Assembly: GCA_052386995.1 (NCBI GenBank)
Contig: JBQTJP010000110.1
Span: 30,481 to 94,480, forward strand
Direction of reading: 5' to 3'
Source: Armatimonadota bacterium
GTDB taxonomy: Bacteria; Sysuimicrobiota; Sysuimicrobiia; Sysuimicrobiales; Humicultoraceae
Length of the DNA: 64,000 nucleotides
Part shown: one piece after another, positions 58,274 to 64,000 of the stretch
How positions within the stretch are numbered: the first letter of the stretch is position 1
Layout: each line of letters begins with the position of its first letter
Position numbers and translations under genes: made by a program
The notes under the pieces: model-generated
Databases searched by the model: none
Told to the model about the DNA's origin: nothing
What the model saw: only the letters and a program-made list of their open reading frames with translations

Positions 58274-59351
58274 TTACGAGCGCGCCGATCTGACCGTCGG
58301 GCCCGGGATTACCGCCTTCGTCGGTCCGAACGCCGCGGGGAAATCCAATCTGCTGGAAGCGATTCACCTGGTGGCTACCGGACGCTCGCATCGAACGCTG
58401 CGCGAGGGCGAGGCGATCCGCCATGGCGAGACGAGCGCGCGCATCCGGGCCCTGGTGACACGACGCGGCCATGATGAGGATCTCGACATCACGCTTGTGG
58501 CTGAAGATGGACGGGAGCGCGTCCAGATGCGCGTCAACGGGGCTCCGATGCCCCGCAGTGGGGTGCTCGGCAGACTGCCGGTCGTTCTGGCGGCGCCGTG
58601 GGATCTGGATGTCGTCCGTGGGCCGGCGGGCGGCCGGCGGAGGTTGCTCAACGGCGCACTATCGCAGCTCAGTCCGGCCTATCATTTCGCCGTGCACCGC
58701 TATCATCGCGTGATCGCCCAACGGAACACCGTCCTCCGCCAACGATGGCCCGAAGGGTTGCAGCCGTGGGATGCGCAGATGATCACGCTGGGGGCTCGGA
58801 TCACGGCGCGGCGCGGCGAGTATGCCGGGCGGCTGGCTGCGGCTGCCCACAGGTGGTTCGAGCGTCTGGCCGGCGGGGGCTTTTTTCGGGTTGCCTATCG
58901 AGCGGCCTGGAGCGGAGGCGACGACGCGGAAATTGCCGAGACCGGACAGATGGAACTTGCCCGCTGCCGGGCCGATGAACTTCGGCGGGGGGTGAGTGTC
59001 ACCGGCCCGCACCGTGACGACCTCGAACTGACACTGGACGGTGCGCCGCTGCGCGCCTGCGGCTCGCAGGGAGAGTGGCGAGCGGCGATGCTGGCGCTGC
59101 GGTTGGCCGAGCGTGCCGTGATGGCGGAAGACCTCGGCGCGCCGCCGGTGTTGCTGTTGGATGATGCGCTTGCCGAGCTCGACGCCGGCCGGCAACGCCG
59201 CTTGCTCGAGACCGATGACGAGGCGCAGGTGCTGCTGACCGCTACCGAGCTGCCTCAGGCGGGGCCTTTGAAAGGCGCGCTGACGATCGTCACGGTGGAC
59301 CATGGACGCCTTGGTGAAGGAGTATGGTTACCCCAATTCGATCCATCCTGA
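58233..59351 (+). CDS. recF: DNA replication and repair protein RecF
   Basis: Walker A (GPNAAGKSNLLEA) and the SMC-like signature. Confidence 0.9.
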   Translation: MLRLRRLWLRAFRNYERADLTVGPGITAFVGPNAAGKSNLLEAIHLVATGRSHRTLREGEAIRHGETSARIRALVTRRGHDEDLDITLVAEDGRERVQMRVNGAPMPRSGVLGRLPVVLAAPWDLDVVRGPAGGRRRLLNGALSQLSPAYHFAVHRYHRVIAQRNTVLRQRWPEGLQPWDAQMITLGARITARRGEYAGRLAAAAHRWFERLAGGGFFRVAYRAAWSGGDDAEIAETGQMELARCRADELRRGVSVTGPHRDDLELTLDGAPLRACGSQGEWRAAMLALRLAERAVMAEDLGAPPVLLLDDALAELDAGRQRRLLETDDEAQVLLTATELPQAGPLKGALTIVTVDHGRLGEGVWLPQFDPS

Positions 59352-59695
59352 AGGTGGCGGCACGCGCATGGGGCATCGAGCCGGCGGCCCACCTCGCCAC
59401 GGCCCGGTCGGCGTGGCCCCGGATCGCGGGGCCAGCCCTGGCTGCCTCGAGCGCTCCGCTGGCGGTGCGTGGCCGGCGCCTGCTGGTCGCCGTCACGAAC
59501 GCGACGGCCGGGCAGGAGGTTCGCCTCACGAAGACCGCCATCATGCAGGCTCTTCGGGAGGAACTGGGCGAGGGAGCTATTGTCGATGTCGTCCCCGTCG
59601 CACGGCGCCGCCTCGATTTGGGCGTCCGCGGGCCACGGCGGGTGGGTCGTGCGCTTGTCGCCCCGGGGCGGCCCCCGAAGCGCACCCACCGATAG
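59324..59695 (+). CDS. DUF721-domain protein (DciA-like putative helicase-loading factor)
   Basis: Conserved position between recF and gyrB. DUF721-like core (LAVRGRRLLVAVTNATAGQEVRLTKTAIMQAL). Confidence 0.6.
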   Translation: MVTPIRSILKVAARAWGIEPAAHLATARSAWPRIAGPALAASSAPLAVRGRRLLVAVTNATAGQEVRLTKTAIMQALREELGEGAIVDVVPVARRRLDLGVRGPRRVGRALVAPGRPPKRTHR

Positions 59696-59805
59696 AACGG
59701 GCACGTTCTCGAGGGCCCCGGCGACGGCCAGAAGGATCGGCCGGTGAAGGGTTTTCGGGGGACACCAAAAGGGCTAAGAGCTAGTCAGGGCGCGGGTTTC
59801 CGCCG

Positions 59806-61810
<2,005 letters not shown>

Positions 61811-61827
61811 GAGAGCCGCACCCTATC

Positions 61828-64000
<2,173 letters not shown>

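Overview
This is a high-GC (~68-70%) bacterial chromosomal window that contains the replication origin. Three blocks can be read from the sequence.

(1) Coordinates ~1-38,300, almost entirely on the minus strand, form one very long glycan (EPS/capsule or glycoconjugate) biosynthesis, tailoring and export locus. Genes are tightly packed and often share 4-nt ATGA overlaps. The locus contains Wza, Wzz/PCP and a degenerate BY-kinase ATPase, followed by a NusG-paralog antiterminator and a UDP-sugar dehydrogenase. It also has a Wzy-like polymerase, two paralogous Wzx flippases and a bacillosamine-type PglF/PglE/PglC-like trio. There are six GT4 glycosyltransferases, four SAM methyltransferases (one with clear PRMT motifs), three GNATs and two CE4 deacetylases. 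A secreted G8-domain/beta-helix protein is preceded by a candidate c-di-GMP-I riboswitch. Embedded in the locus is a CoA-transferase / MaoC-hydratase / SCP-x thiolase+DUF35 / VOC cassette.

(2) Coordinates 39,000-49,500 carry housekeeping genes. These are trxB and trxA, convergent with overlapping stop codons. A lexA operon has two tandem Cheo-type SOS boxes and downstream RNase H-like and TPR genes. Next come a threonine/serine dehydratase and the glycine cleavage genes gcvT-gcvH-gcvPA-gcvPB, then a PRTase, a DUF4446 protein and an HD hydrolase.

(3) Coordinates 49,500-64,000 are the origin region. The minus-strand operon is parB-parA-rsmG-jag-yidC-yidD-rnpA-rpmH. A dense DnaA-box cluster (oriC part 1) follows. 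An unusual GHKL-ATPase + winged-helix gene sits between those boxes and dnaA. After dnaA comes an AT-rich DUE with DnaA boxes (oriC part 2), then dnaN, a yaaA-like S4 protein, recF, a DUF721 (DciA-like) gene, gyrB with a consensus promoter, and a partial gyrA.

Gene content suggests a high-GC member of the Terrabacteria (Chloroflexota- or Actinobacteria-like). The supporting traits are the Cheo-type LexA box, split gcvP, yaaA and DciA. The long plus-strand ORFs that lie antisense to the minus-strand genes are high-GC artefacts. No CRISPR array, tRNA, rRNA or obvious mobile element was seen.
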